Translations under genes and position numbers: made by a program
Notes under the pieces: generated by a model
The model's database searches: none
The model's input: only the letters and a program-made list of their open reading frames with translations
Told to the model about the DNA's origin: nothing
Origin: Paragordius varius
Lineage: Eukaryota > Animalia > Nematomorpha
Direction: 5' to 3'
Assembly: GCA_964247055.1 (NCBI GenBank)
Contig: OZ176050.1
Location: 1,178,001-1,242,000, forward strand
Length of the DNA: 64,000 nucleotides
Shown here: piece by piece, positions 11,401 through 26,830 of the stretch
Numbering within the stretch: position 1 is the first letter of the stretch
Layout of the letters: each line of letters opens with the position of its first letter

Positions 11401-14400
11401 TGGCAAACTCTTTCATATCCGATTTTTACAACGATACTTTAAAAATTAATGTATAAAACTAGTCGCATCAATACTCAAGTTAAACTTTGTCCTTAAAAAT
11501 CGGATATTGGTCACCGGTGAACTAAATTATTTTTTATGCATTCTCTTAGTAGGACTACTTCAAAATATAGAGATAGTTTGGCAAACTCTTTCATATCCGA
11601 TTTTTACAACGATACTTTAAAAATTAATGTATAAAACTAGTCGCATCAATACTCAAGTTAAACTTTGTCCTTAAAAATCGGATATTGGTCACCGGTGAAC
11701 AAAATTATTTTTTTTACATTCTCTTAGCAAGACTACATCAAAATATAGAGATAGTTTGACAAACTCTTTCATATCCGATTTTTACAAGGATACTTTATAA
11801 ATTAATGTATAAAACTAGTCGTATTAATAAGTCGCATCAATACTCAAGTTAAACTTTGTCCTTAAAAATCGGATATTGGTCACCGGTGAACAAAATAATT
11901 TTTTATACATTCTCTTAGTAGGACTACATCAAAATATAGAGATAGTTTGGCAAACTCTTTCATATCCGATTTTTACAACGATACTTTAAAAATTAATGTA
12001 TAAAACTAGTCGCATCAATACTCAAGTTAAACTTTGTCCTTAAAAATCGATTGGTCACCGGTGAACAAAATTATTTTTTATACATTCTCTTAGTAAGACT
12101 ACATCAAAATATAGAGATAGTTTGACAAACTCTTTCATATCCGATTTTTACAACGATACTTTAAAAATTAATGTATAAAACTAGTCGCATCAATACTCTA
12201 GTTAAACTTTATCCTTAAAAATTGGATATTGGTCACCGGTGAACAAAATAATTTTTTATACATTCTCTTAGTAAGACTACATCAAAATATAGAGATAGTT
12301 TGACAAACTCTTTCATATCCGATTTTTACAACGATACTTTAAAAATTAATGTATAAAACTAGTCGCATCAATACTCAAGTTAAACTTTGTCCTTAAAAAT
12401 CGGATATTGGTCACCGGTGAACTAAATTATTTTTTATGCATTCTCTTAGTAGGACTACTTCAAAATATAGAGATAGTTTGGCAAACTCTTTCATATCCGA
12501 TTTTTACAACGATACTTTAAAAATTAATGTATAAAACTAGTCGCATCAATACTCAAGTTAAACTTTGTCCTTAAAAATCGAATATTGGTCACCGGTGAAC
12601 AAAATTATTTTTTATACATTCTCTTAGTAAGACTACATCAAAATATAGAGATAGTTTGACAAACTCTTTCATATCCGATTTTTACAACGATACTTTAAAA
12701 ATTAATGTGTTAAACTAGTCGCATCAATACTCAAGTTAAACTTTGTCCTTAAAAATCGGATATTGGTCACCGGTGAACAAAATAATTTTTTATACATTCT
12801 CTTAGTAAGACTACAGCAAAATATAGATTTAGTTTGACAAACTCTTTCATATCCGATTTTTACAACGATACTTTAAAAATTAATGTATTAAACTAGTCGC
12901 ATCAATACTCAAGTTAAACTTTGTCCTTAAAAATCGGATATTGGTCACCGGTGAACAAAATTATTTTTTTTACATTCTCTTAGCAAGACTACATCAAAAT
13001 ATAGGGATAGTTTGACAAACTCTTTCATATCCGATTTTTACAACGATACTTTATAATTTAATGTATAAAACTAGTCGTATCAATAAGTCGCACCAATACT
13101 CAAGTTAAACTTTGTCCTTAAAAATCGGATATTGGTCACCGGTGAACAAAATTATTTTTTATACATTCTCTTAGTAGGACTACATCAAAATATAGAGATA
13201 GTTTGGCAAACTCTTTCATATCCGATTTTTACAACGATACTTTAAAAATTAATGTATAAAACTAGTCGCATCAATACTCAAGTTAAACTTTATCCTTAAA
13301 AATTGGATATTGGTCACCGGTGAACAAAATAATTTTTTATACATTCTCTTAGTAAGACTACATCAAAATATAGAGATAGTTTGACAAACTCTTTCATATC
13401 CGATTTTTACAACGATACTTTAAAAATTAATGTATAAAACTAGTCGCATCAATACTCAAGTTAAACTTTATCCTTAAAAATTGGATATTGGTCACCGGTG
13501 AACAAAATAATTTTTTATACATTCTCTTAGTAAGACTACATCAAAATATAGAGATAGTTTGACAAACTCTTTCATATCCGATTTTTCCAACGATACTTTA
13601 AAAATTAATGTATAAAACTAGTCGCATCAATACTCAAGTTAAACTTTGTCCTTAAAAATCGAATATTGGTCACCGGTGAACAAAATTATTTTTTATACAT
13701 TCTCTTAAGACTACATCAAAATATAGAGATAGTTTGACAAACTCTTTCATATCCGATTTTTACAACGATACTTTAAAAATTAATGTATAAAACTAGTCGC
13801 ATCAATACTCTAGTTAAACTTTATCCTTAAAAATTGGATATTGGTCACCGGTGAACAAAATAATTTTTTATACATTCTCTTAGTAAGACTACATCAAAAT
13901 ATAGAGATAGTTTGACAAACTCTTTCATATCCGATTTTTACAACGATACTTTAAAAATTAATGTATAAAACTAGTCGCATCAATACTCAAGTTAAACTTT
14001 ATCCTTAAAAATTGGATATTGGTCACCGGTGAACAAAATAATTTTTTATACATTCTCTTAGTAAGACTACATCAAAATATAGAGATAGTTTGACAAACTC
14101 TTTCATATCCGATTTTTACAACGATACTTTAAAAATTAATGTATAAAACTAGTCGCATCAATACTCTAGTTAAACTTTATCCTTAAAAATTGGATATTGG
14201 TCACCGGTGAACAAAATAATTTTTTATACATTCTCTTAGTAAGACTACATCAAAATATAGAGATAGTTTGACAAACTCTTTCATATCCGATTTTTACAAC
14301 GATACTTTAAAAATTAATGTATAAAACTAGTCGCATCAATACTCAAGTTAAACTTTGTCCTTAAAAATCGGATATTGGTCACCGGTGAACAAAATTATTT

Positions 14401-17400
14401 TTTATACATTCTCTTAGTAAGACTACATCAAAATATAGAGATAGTTTGACAAACTCTTTCATATCCGATTTTTACAACGATACTTTAAAAATTAATGTGT
14501 TAAACTAGTCGCATCAATACTCAAGTTAAACTTTGTCCTTAAAAATCGGATATTGGTCACCGGTGAACAAAATAATTTTTTATACATTCTCTTAGTAAGA
14601 CTACAGCAAAATATAGATTTAGTTTGACAAACTCTTTCATATCCGATTTTTACAACGATACTTTAAAAATTAATGTATTAAACTAGTCGCATCAATACTC
14701 AAGTTAAACTTTGTCCTTAAAAATCGGATATTGGTCACCGGTGAACAAAATTATTTTTTTTACATTCTCTTAGCAAGACTACATCAAAATATAGGGATAG
14801 TTTGACAAACTCTTTCATATCCGATTTTTACAACGATACTTTATAATTTAATGTATAAAACTAGTCGTATCAATAAGTCGCACCAATACTCAAGTTAAAC
14901 TTTGTCCTTAAAAATCGGATATTGGTCACCGGTGAACAAAATTATTTTTTATACATTCTCTTAGTAGGACTACATCAAAATATAGAGATAGTTTGGCAAA
15001 CTCTTTCATATCCGATTTTTACAACGATACTTTAAAAATTAATGTATAAAACTAGTCGCATCAATACTCAAGTTAAACTTTATCCTTAAAAATTGGATAT
15101 TGGTCACCGGTGAACAAAATAATTTTTTATACATTCTCTTAGTAAGACTACATCAAAATATAGAGATAGTTTGACAAACTCTTTCATATCCGATTTTTAC
15201 AACGATACTTTAAAAATTAATGTATAAAACTAGTCGCATCAATACTCAAGTTAAACTTTATCCTTAAAAATTGGATATTGGTCACCGGTGAACAAAATAA
15301 TTTTTTATACATTCTCTTAGTAAGACTACATCAAAATATAGAGATAGTTTGACAAACTCTTTCATATCCGATTTTTCCAACGATACTTTAAAAATTAATG
15401 TATAAAACTAGTCGCATCAATACTCAAGTTAAACTTTGTCCTTAAAAATCGAATATTGGTCACCGGTGAACAAAATTATTTTTTATACATTCTCTTAAGA
15501 CTACATCAAAATATAGAGATAGTTTGACAAACTCTTTCATATCCGATTTTTACAACGATACTTTAAAAATTAATGTATAAAACTAGTCGCATCAATACTC
15601 TAGTTAAACTTTATCCTTAAAAATTGGATATTGGTCACCGGTGAACAAAATAATTTTTTATACATTCTCTTAGTAAGACTACATCAAAATATAGAGATAG
15701 TTTGACAAACTCTTTCATATCCGATTTTTACAACGATACTTTAAAAATTAATGTATAAAACTAGTCGCATCAATACTCAAGTTAAACTTTATCCTTAAAA
15801 ATTGGATATTGGTCACCGGTGAACAAAATAATTTTTTATACATTCTCTTAGTAAGACTACATCAAAATATAGAGATAGTTTGACAAACTCTTTCATATCC
15901 GATTTTTACAACGATACTTTAAAAATTAATGTATTAAACTAGTCGCATCAATACTCAAGTTAAACTTTGTCCTTAAAAATCGGATATTGGTCACCGGTGA
16001 ACAAAATTATTTTTTATGCATTCTCTTAGTAGGACTACATCAAAACATAGAGATAGTTTGACAAACTCTTTCATATCCGATTTTTACAACGATACTTTAA
16101 AAATTAATGTATTAAAGTCGCATCAATACTCAAGTTAAACTTTGTCCTTAAAAATCGGATATTGGTCACCGGTGAACAAAATTATTTTTTATACATTCTC
16201 TCAGCAAGACTACATCAAAATATAGAGATAGTTTGACAAACTCTTTCATATCCGATTTTTACAACGATACTTTAAAAATTAATGTATTAAACTAGTCGCA
16301 TCAATACTCAAGTTAAACTTTGTCCTTAAAAATCGGATATTGGTCACCGGTGAACAAAATAATTTTTTATACATTCTCTTAGTAGGACTACATCAAAATA
16401 TAGAGATAGTTTGGCAAACTCTTTCATATCCGATTTTTACAACGATACTTTAAAAATTAATGTATAAAACTAGTCGCATCAATACTCAAGTTAAACTTTG
16501 TCCTTAAAAATCGATTGGTCACCGGTGAACAAAATTATTTTTTATACATTCTCTTAGTAAGACTACATCAAAATATAGAGATAGTTTGACAAACTCTTTC
16601 ATATCCGATTTTTACAACGATACTTTAAAAATTAATGTATAAAACTAGTCGCATCAATACTCAAGTTAAACTTTGTCCTTAAAAATCGAATATTGGTCAC
16701 CGGTGAACAAAATTATTTTTTATACATTCTCTTAGTAAGACTACATCAAAATATAGAGATAGTTTGACAAACTCTTTCATATCCGATTTTTACAACGATA
16801 CTTTAAAAATTAATGTATAAAACTAGTCGCATCAATACTCAAGTTAAACTTTATCCTTAAAAATTGGATATTGGTCACCGGTGAACAAAATAATTTTTTA
16901 TACATTCTCTTAGTAAGACTACATCAAAATATAGAGATAGTTTGACAAACTCTTTCATATCCGATTTTTCCAACGATACTTTAAAAATTAATGTATAAAA
17001 CTAGTCGCATCAATACTCAAGTTAAACTTTGTCCTTAAAAATCGAATATTGGTCACCGGTGAACAAAATTATTTTTTATACATTCTCTTAAGACTACATC
17101 AAAATATAGAGATAGTTTGACAAACTCTTTCATATCCGATTTTTACAACGATACTTTAAAAATTAATGTATAAAACTAGTCGCATCTATACTCTAGTTAA
17201 ACTTTATCCTTAAAAATTGGATATTGGTCACCGGTGAACAAAATAATTTTTTATACATTCTCTTAGTAAGACTACATCAAAATATAGAGATAGTTTGACA
17301 AACTCTTTCATATCCGATTTTTACAACGATACTTTAAAAATTAATGTATAAAACTAGTCGCATCAATACTCAAGTTAAACTTTATCCTTAAAAATTGGAT

Positions 17401-19019
17401 ATTGGTCACCGGTGAACAAAATAATTTTTTATACATTCTCTTAGTAGGACTACATCAAAATATAGAGATAGTTTGACAAACTCTTTCATATCCGATTTTT
17501 ACAACGATACTTTAAAAATTAATGTATTAAACTAGTCGCATCAATACTCAAGTTAAACTTTGTCCTTAAAAATCGGATATTGGTCACCGGTGAACAAAAT
17601 TATTTTTTATGCATTCTCTTAGTAGGACTACATCAAAACATAGAGATAGTTTGGCAAACTCTTTCATATCCGATTTATACAACGATACTTTAAAAAATAA
17701 TGTTTAAAACTAGTCGTATCAATAAGTCGCATCAATACTCAAGTTAAACTTTGTCCTTAAAAATCGGATATTGGTCACAGGTGAACAAAATTATTTTTTT
17801 TACATTCTCTTAGCAAGACTACAGCAAAATATAGAGATAGTTTGACAAACTCTTTCATATCCGATTTTTACAACGATACTTTAAAAATTAATGTATTAAA
17901 GTCGCATCAATACTCAAGTTAAACTTTGTCCTTAAAAATCGGATATTGGTCACCGGTGAACAAAATTATTTTTTATACATTCTCTCAGCAAGACTACATC
18001 AAAATATAGAGATAGTTTGACAAACTCTTTCATATCCGATTTTTACAACGATACTTTAAAAATTAATGTATTAAACTAGTCGCATCAATACTCAAGTTAA
18101 ACTTTGTCCTTAAAAATCGGATATTGGTCACCGGTGAACAAAATTATTTTTTATACATTCTCTCAGCAAGACTACATCAAAATATAGAGATAGTTTGACA
18201 AACTCTTTCATATCCGATTTTTACAACGATACTTTAAAAATTAATGTATTAAACTAGTCGCATCAATACTCAAGTTAAACTTTGTCCTTAAAAATCGGAT
18301 ATTGGTCACCGGTGAACAAAATTATTTTTTTTACATTCTCTTAGCAAGACTACATCAAAATATAGAGATAGTTTGACAAACTCTTTCATATCCGATTTTT
18401 ACAAGGATACTTTATAAATTAATGTATAAAACTAGTCGTATTAATAAGTCGCATCAATACTCAAGTTAAACTTTGTCCTTAAAAATCGGATATTGGTCAC
18501 CGGTGAACAAAATAATTTTTTATACATTCTCTTAGTAGGACTACATCAAAATATAGAGATAGTTTGGCAAACTCTTTCATATCCGATTTTTACAACGATA
18601 CTTTAAAAATTAATGTATAAAACTAGTCGCATCAATACTCAAGTTAAACTTTGTCCTTAAAAATCGATTGGTCACCGGTGAACAAAATTATTTTTTATAC
18701 ATTCTCTTAGTAAGACTACATCAAAATATAGAGATAGTTTGACAAACTCTTTCATATCCGATTTTTACAACGATACTTTAAAAATTAATGTATAAAACTA
18801 GTCGCATCAATACTCTAGTTAAACTTTATCCTTAAAAATTGGATATTGGTCACCGGTGAACAAAATAATTTTTTATACATTCTCTTAGTAAGACTACATC
18901 AAAATATAGAGATAGTTTGACAAACTCTTTCATATCCGATTTTTACAACGATACTTTAAAAATTAATGTATAAAACTAGTCGCATCAATACTCAAGTTAA
19001 ACTTTGTCCTTAAAAATCG
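8352..19019 (+). repeat. Near-identical duplication at 7,695-7,696-bp offset: 8,352-11,324 and 16,048-19,019, continuing at offset 6,439 (12,580-13,810 and 19,019-20,249)
   Basis: aaaatcgatt at 8811/16507 and 10965/18660; acaaggatac at 10706/18401; atagggatag at 13001/19440. Confidence 0.9.
10557..12580 (+). repeat. 6-monomer tandem duplication, period 1,078 bp
   Basis: acaaggatac at 10706/11784; aaaatcgatt at 10965/12043; gaactaaatt at 11341/12419. Confidence 0.9.
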
Positions 19020-22000
19020 AATATTGGTCACCGGTGAACAAAATTATTTTTTATACATTCTCTTAGTAAGACTACATCAAAATATAGAGATAGTTTGACA
19101 AACTCTTTCATATCCGATTTTTACAACGATACTTTAAAAATTAATGTGTTAAACTAGTCGCATCAATACTCAAGTTAAACTTTGTCCTTAAAAATCGGAT
19201 ATTGGTCACCGGTGAACAAAATAATTTTTTATACATTCTCTTAGTAAGACTACAGCAAAATATAGATTTAGTTTGACAAACTCTTTCATATCCGATTTTT
19301 ACAACGATACTTTAAAAATTAATGTATTAAACTAGTCGCATCAATACTCAAGTTAAACTTTGTCCTTAAAAATCGGATATTGGTCACCGGTGAACAAAAT
19401 TATTTTTTTTACATTCTCTTAGCAAGACTACATCAAAATATAGGGATAGTTTGACAAACTCTTTCATATCCGATTTTTACAACGATACTTTATAATTTAA
19501 TGTATAAAACTAGTCGTATCAATAAGTCGCACCAATACTCAAGTTAAACTTTGTCCTTAAAAATCGGATATTGGTCACCGGTGAACAAAATTATTTTTTA
19601 TACATTCTCTTAGTAGGACTACATCAAAATATAGAGATAGTTTGGCAAACTCTTTCATATCCGATTTTTACAACGATACTTTAAAAATTAATGTATAAAA
19701 CTAGTCGCATCAATACTCAAGTTAAACTTTATCCTTAAAAATTGGATATTGGTCACCGGTGAACAAAATAATTTTTTATACATTCTCTTAGTAAGACTAC
19801 ATCAAAATATAGAGATAGTTTGACAAACTCTTTCATATCCGATTTTTACAACGATACTTTAAAAATTATTGTATAAAACTAGTCGCATCAATACTCAAGT
19901 TAAACTTTATCCTTAAAAATTGGATATTGGTCACCGGTGAACAAAATAATTTTTTATACATTCTCTTAGTAAGACTACATCAAAATATAGAGATAATTTG
20001 ACAAACTCTTTCATATCCGATTTTTCCAACGATACTTTAAAAATTAATGTATAAAACTAGTCGCATCAATACTCAAGTTAAACTTTGTCCTTAAAAATCG
20101 AATATTGGTCACCGGTGAACAAAATTATTTTTTATACATTCTCTTAAGACTACATCAAAATATAGAGATAGTTTGACAAACTCTTTCATATCCGATTTTT
20201 ACAACGATACTTTAAAAATTAATGTATAAAACTAGTCGCATCAATACTCAAGTTAAACTTTGTCCTTAAAAATCGGATATTGGTCACCGGTGAACTAAAT
20301 TATTTTTTATGCATTCTCTTAGTAGGACTACTTCAAAATATAGAGATAGTTTGGCAAACTCTTTCATATCCGATTTTTACAACGATACTTTAAAAATTAA
20401 TGTATAAAACTAGTCGCATCAATACTCAAGTTAAACTTTGTCCTTAAAAATCGAATATTGGTCACCGGTGAACAAAATTATTTTTTATACATTCTCTTAG
20501 TAAGACTACATCAAAATATAGAGATAGTTTGACAAACTCTTTCATATCCGATTTTTACAACGATACTTTAAAAATTAATGTGTTAAATCGCATCAATACT
20601 CAAGTTAAACTTTGTCCTTAAAAATCGGATATTGGTCACCGGTGAACAAAATAATTTTTTATACATTCTCTTAGTAAGACTACAGCAAAATATAGATTTA
20701 GTTTGACAAACTCTTTCATATCCGATTTTTACAACGATACTTTAAAAATTAATGTATTAAACTAGTCGCATCAATACTCAAGTTAAACTTTGTCCTTAAA
20801 AATCGGATATTGGTCACCGGTGAACAAAATTATTTTTTTTACATTCTCTTAGCAAGACTACATCAAAATATAGGGATAGTTTGACAAACTCTTTCATATC
20901 CGATTTTTACAACGATACTTTATAATTTAATGTATAAAACTAGTCGTATCAATAAGTCGCACCAATACTCAAGTTAAACTTTGTCCTTAAAAATCGGATA
21001 TTGGTCACCGGTGAACAAAATTATTTTTTATACATTCTCTTAGTAGGACTACATCAAAATATAGAGATAGTTTGGCAAACTCTTTCATATCCGATTTTTA
21101 CAACGATACTTTAAAAATTAATGTATAAAACTAGTCGCATCAATACTCAAGTTAAACTTTATCCTTAAAAATTGGATATTGGTCACCGGTGAACAAAATA
21201 ATTTTTTATACATTCTCTTAGTAAGACTACATCAAAATATAGAGATAGTTTGACAAACTCTTTCATATCCGATTTTTACAACGATACTTTAAAAATTAAT
21301 GTATAAAACTAGTCGCATCAATACTCAAGTTAAACTTTATCCTTAAAAATTGGATATTGGTCACCGGTGAACAAAATAATTTTTTATACATTCTCTTAGT
21401 AAGACTACATCAAAATATAGAGATAGTTTGACAAACTCTTTCATATCCGATTTTTCCAACGATACTTTAAAAATTAATGTATAAAACTAGTCGCATCAAT
21501 ACTCAAGTTAAACTTTGTCCTTAAAAATCGAATATTGGTCACCGGTGAACAAAATTATTTTTTATACATTCTCTTAAGACTACATCAAAATATAGAGATA
21601 GTTTGACAAACTCTTTCATATCCGATTTTTACAACGATACTTTAAAAATTAATGTATAAAACTAGTCGCATCAATACTCTAGTTAAACTTTATCCTTAAA
21701 AATTGGATATTGGTCACCGGTGAACAAAATAATTTTTTATACATTCTCTTAGTAAGACTACATCAAAATATAGAGATAGTTTGGCAAACTCTTTCATATC
21801 CGATTTTTACAACGATACTTTAAAAATTAATGTATAAAACTAGTCGCATCAATACTCAAGTTAAACTTTATCCTTAAAAATTGGATATTGGTCACCGGTG
21901 AACAAAATAATTTTTTATACATTCTCTTAGTAAGACTACATCAAAATATAGAGATAGTATGACAAACTCTTTCATATCCGATTTTTACAACGATACTTTA

Positions 22001-25000
22001 AAAATTAATGTATAAAACTAGTCGCATCAATACTCTAGTTAAACTTTATCCTTAAAAATTGGATATTGGTCACCGGTGAACAAAATAATTTTTTATACAT
22101 CCTCTTAGTAAGACTACATCAAAATATAGAGATAGTTTGACAAACTCTTTCATATCCGATTTTTACAACGATACTTTAAAAATTAATGTATAAAACTAGT
22201 CGCATCAATACTCAAGTTAAACTTTGTCCTTAAAAATCGGATATTGGTCACCGGTGAACTAAATTATTTTTTATGCATTCTCTTAGTAGGACTACTTCAA
22301 AATATAGAGATAGTTTGGCAAACTCTTTCATATCCGATTTTTACAACGATACTTTAAAAATTAATGTATAAAACTAGTCGCATCAATACTCAAGTTAAAC
22401 TTTGTCCTTAAAAATCGAATATTGGTCACCGGTGAACAAAATAATTTTTTATACATTCTCTTAGTAAGACTACATCAAAATATAGAGATAGTTTGACAAA
22501 CTCTTTCATATCCGATTTTTACAACGATACTTTAAAAATTAATGTGTTAAACTAGTCGCATCAATACTCAAGTTAAACTTTGTCCTTAAAAATCGGATAT
22601 TGGTCACCGGTGAACAAAATAATTTTTTATACATTCTCTTAGTAAGACTACAGCAAAATATAGATTTAGTTTGACAAACTCTTTCATATCCGATTTTTAC
22701 AACGATACTTTAAAAATTAATGTATTAAACTAGTCGCATCAATACTCAAGTTAAACTTTGTCCTTAAAAATCGGATATTGGTCACCGGTGAACAAAATTA
22801 TTTTTTTTACATTCTCTTAGCAAGACTACATCAAAATATAGGGATAGTTTGACAAACTCTTTCATATCCGATTTTTACAACGATACTTTATAATTTAATG
22901 TATAAAACTAGTCGTATCAATAAGTCGCACCAATACTCAAGTTAAACTTTGTCCTTAAAAATCGGATATTGGTCACCGGTGAACAAAATTATTTTTTATA
23001 CATTCTCTTAGTAGGACTACATCAAAATATAGAGATAGTTTGGCAAACTCTTTCATATCCGATTTTTACAACGATACTTTAAAAATTAATGTATAAAACT
23101 AGTCGCATCAATACTCAAGTTAAACTTTATCCTTAAAAATTGGATATTGGTCACCGGTGAACAAAATAATTTTTTATACATTCTCTTAGTAAGACTACAT
23201 CAAAATATAGAGATAGTTTGACAAACTCTTTCATATCCGATTTTTACAACGATACTTTAAAAATTAATGTATAAAACTAGTCGCATCAATACTCAAGTTA
23301 AACTTTATCCTTAAAAATTGGATATTGGTCACCGGTGAACAAAATAATTTTTTATACATTCTCTTAGTAAGACTACATCAAAATATAGAGATAGTTTGAC
23401 AAACTCTTTCATATCCGATTTTTCCAACGATACTTTAAAAATTAATGTATAAAACTAGTCGCATCAATACTCAAGTTAAACTTTGTCCTTAAAAATCGAA
23501 TATTGGTCACCGGTGAACAAAATTATTTTTTATACATTCTCTTAAGACTACATCAAAATATAGAGATAGTTTGACAAACTCTTTCATATCCGATTTTTAC
23601 AACGATACTTTAAAAATTAATGTATAAAACTAGTCGCATCAATACTCTAGTTAAACTTTATCCTTAAAAATTGGATATTGGTCACCGGTGAACAAAATAA
23701 TTTTTTATACATTCTCTTAGTAAGACTACATCAAAATATAGAGATAGTTTGACAAACTCTTTCATATCCGATTTTTACAACGATACTTTAAAAATTAATG
23801 TATAAAACTAGTCGCATCAATACTCAAGTTAAACTTTATCCTTAAAAATTGGATATTGGTCACCGGTGAACAAAATAATTTTTTATACATTCTCTTAGTA
23901 AGACTACATCAAAATATAGAGATAGTTTGACAAACTCTTTCATATCCGATTTTTACAACGATACTTTAAAAATTAATGTATTAAACTAGTCGCATCAATA
24001 CTCAAGTTAAACTTTGTCCTTAAAAATCGGATATTGGTCACCGGTGAACAAAATTATTTTTTATGCATTCTCTTAGTAGGACTACATCAAAACATAGAGA
24101 TAGTTTGGCAAACTCTTTCATATCCGATTTTTACAACGATACTTTAAAAAATAATGTTTAAAACTAGTCGTATCAATAAGTCGCATCAATACTCAAGTTA
24201 AACTTTGTCCTTAAAAATCGGATATTGGTCACCGGTGAACTAAATTATTTTTTATGCATTCTCTTAGTAGGACTACATCAAAATATAGAGATAGTTTGGC
24301 AAACTCTTTCATATCCGATTTTTACAACGATACTTTAAAAATTAATGTATAAAACTAGTCGCATCAATACTCAAGTTAAACTTTGTCCTTAAAAATCGAA
24401 TATTGGTCACCGGTGAACAAAATTATTTTTTATACATTCTCTTAGTAAGACTACATCAAAATATAGAGATAGTTTGACAAACTCTTTCATATCCGATTTT
24501 TACAACGATACTTTAAAAATTAATGTGTTAAACTAGTCGCATCAATACTCAAGTTAAACTTTGTCCTTAAAAATCGGATATTGGTCACCGGTGAACAAAA
24601 TAATTTTTTATACATTCTCTTAGTAAGACTACAGCAAAATATAGATTTAGTTTGACAAACTCTTTCATATCCGATTTTTACAACGATACTTTAAAAATTA
24701 ATGTATTAAACTAGTCGCATCAATACTCAAGTTAAACTTTGTCCTTAAAAATCGGATATTGGTCACCGGTGAACAAAATTATTTTTTTTACATTCTCTTA
24801 GCAAGACTACATCAAAATATAGGGATAGTTTGACAAACTCTTTCATATCCGATTTTTACAACGATACTTTATAATTTAATGTATAAAACTAGTCGTATCA
24901 ATAAGTCGCACCAATACTCAAGTTAAACTTTGTCCTTAAAAATCGGATATTGGTCACCGGTGAACAAAATTATTTTTTATACATTCTCTTAGTAGGACTA

Positions 25001-25200
25001 CATCAAAATATAGAGATAGTTTGGCAAACTCTTTCATATCCGATTTTTACAACGATACTTTAAAAATTAATGTATAAAACTAGTCGCATCAATACTCAAG
25101 TTAAACTTTGTCCTTAAAAATCGAATATTGGTCACCGGTGAACAAAATTATTTTTTATACATTCTCTTAGTAAGACTACATCAAAATATAGCGATAGTTT
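12580..25200 (+). repeat. Variable-length HOR domain (8-, 10- and 11-mers) built around a fixed core of monomer types
   Basis: atagggatag at 13001, 14791, 19440, 20870, 22838, 24819 (spacings 1790, 4649, 1430, 1968, 1981). Each is embedded in the same order: gtgtt, then agcaaaatatagattt, then agggatag/ataattt/caccaat, then ggc. Confidence 0.88.
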
Positions 25201-26450
25201 GACAAACTCTTTCATATCCGATTTTTACAACGATACTTTAAAAATTAATGTGTTAAACTAGTCGCATCAATACTCAAGTTAAACTTTGTCCTTAAAAATC
25301 GGATATTGGTCACCGGTGAACAAAATAATTTTTTATACATTCTCTTAGTAAGACTACAGCATAATATAGAGATAGTTTGACAAACTCTTTTATATCCGAT
25401 TTTTACAACGATACTTTAAAAATTAATGTATTAAACTAGTCGCATCAATACTCAAGTTAAACTTTGTCCTTAAAAATCGGATATTGGTCACCGGTGAACA
25501 AAATTATTTTTTATACATTCTCTTAGAAAGTCTACATCAAAATATAGAGATAGTTTGACAAACTCTTTCATATCCGATTTTTACAACGATACTTTAAAAA
25601 TTAATGTTTAAAACTAGTCGTATCAATAAATCGCATTAATACTCAAGTTAAACTTTGTCCTTAAAAATCGGATATTGGTCACCGGTGAACAAAATTATTT
25701 TTTATACATTCTCTTAGTAGGACTACATCAGAATATAGAGATAGTTTGGCAAACTCTTTCATATCCGATTTCTACAACGATACTTTAAAAATTAATGTAT
25801 AAAACTAGTCGCATCAATACTCAAGTTAAACTTTGTCCTTAAAAATCGAATATTGGTCACCGGTGAACAAAATTATTTTTTATACATTCTCTTAGTAAGA
25901 CTACATCAAAATATAGAGATAGTTTGACAAACTCTTTCATATCCGATTTTTACAACGATACTTTAAAAATTAATGTATTAAACTAGTCGCATCAATACTC
26001 AGGTTAAACTTTGTCCTTAAAAATCGGATATTGGTCACCGGTGAACAAAATTATTTTTTATACATTCTCTTACCAAGACTACATCAAAATATAGAGATAG
26101 TTTGACAAACTCTTTCATATCCGATTTTTACAACGATGCTTTAAAAATTAATGTTTAAAACTAGTCGTATCAATAAATCGCATAAATACTCAAGTTAAAC
26201 TTTGTCCTTAAAAATCGGATATTGGTCACCGGTGAACAAAATTATTTTTTATACATTCTCTTAGTAGGACTACATCAAAATATAGAGATAGTTTGGCAAA
26301 CTCTTTCATATCCGATTTCTACAACGATACTTTAAAAATTAATGTATAAAACTAGTCGCATCAATACTCAAGTACTTTGTCCTTAAAAATCGGATATTGG
26401 TCACCGGTGAACAAAATTATTTTTTTTACATTCTCTTAGCAAGACTACAT

Positions 26451-26830
26451 CAAATATAGAGATAGTTTGACAAACTCTTTCATATCCGATTTTTACAACG
26501 ATACTTTATAATTTAATGTATAAAACTAGTCGTATCAATAAGTCGCATCAATACTCAATTTAAACTTTGTCCTTAAAAATCGGATATTGGTCACCGGTGA
26601 ACAAAATTATTTTTTATACATTCTCTTAGCAAGACTACATCAAATATAGAGATAGTTTGACAAACTCTTTCATATCCGATTTTTACAACGATACTTTATA
26701 ATTTAATGTATAAAACTAGTCGTATCAATAAGTCGCATCAATACTCAATTTAAACTTTGTCCTTAAAAATCGGATATTGGTCACCGGTGAACAAAATTAT
26801 TTTTTATACATTCTCTTAGTAGGACTACAT
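26451..26830 (+). repeat. Tandem duplication of a single 190-bp variant monomer
   Basis: caaatataga ... actcaatttaaact occurs at 26451 and 26641. Confidence 0.88.
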
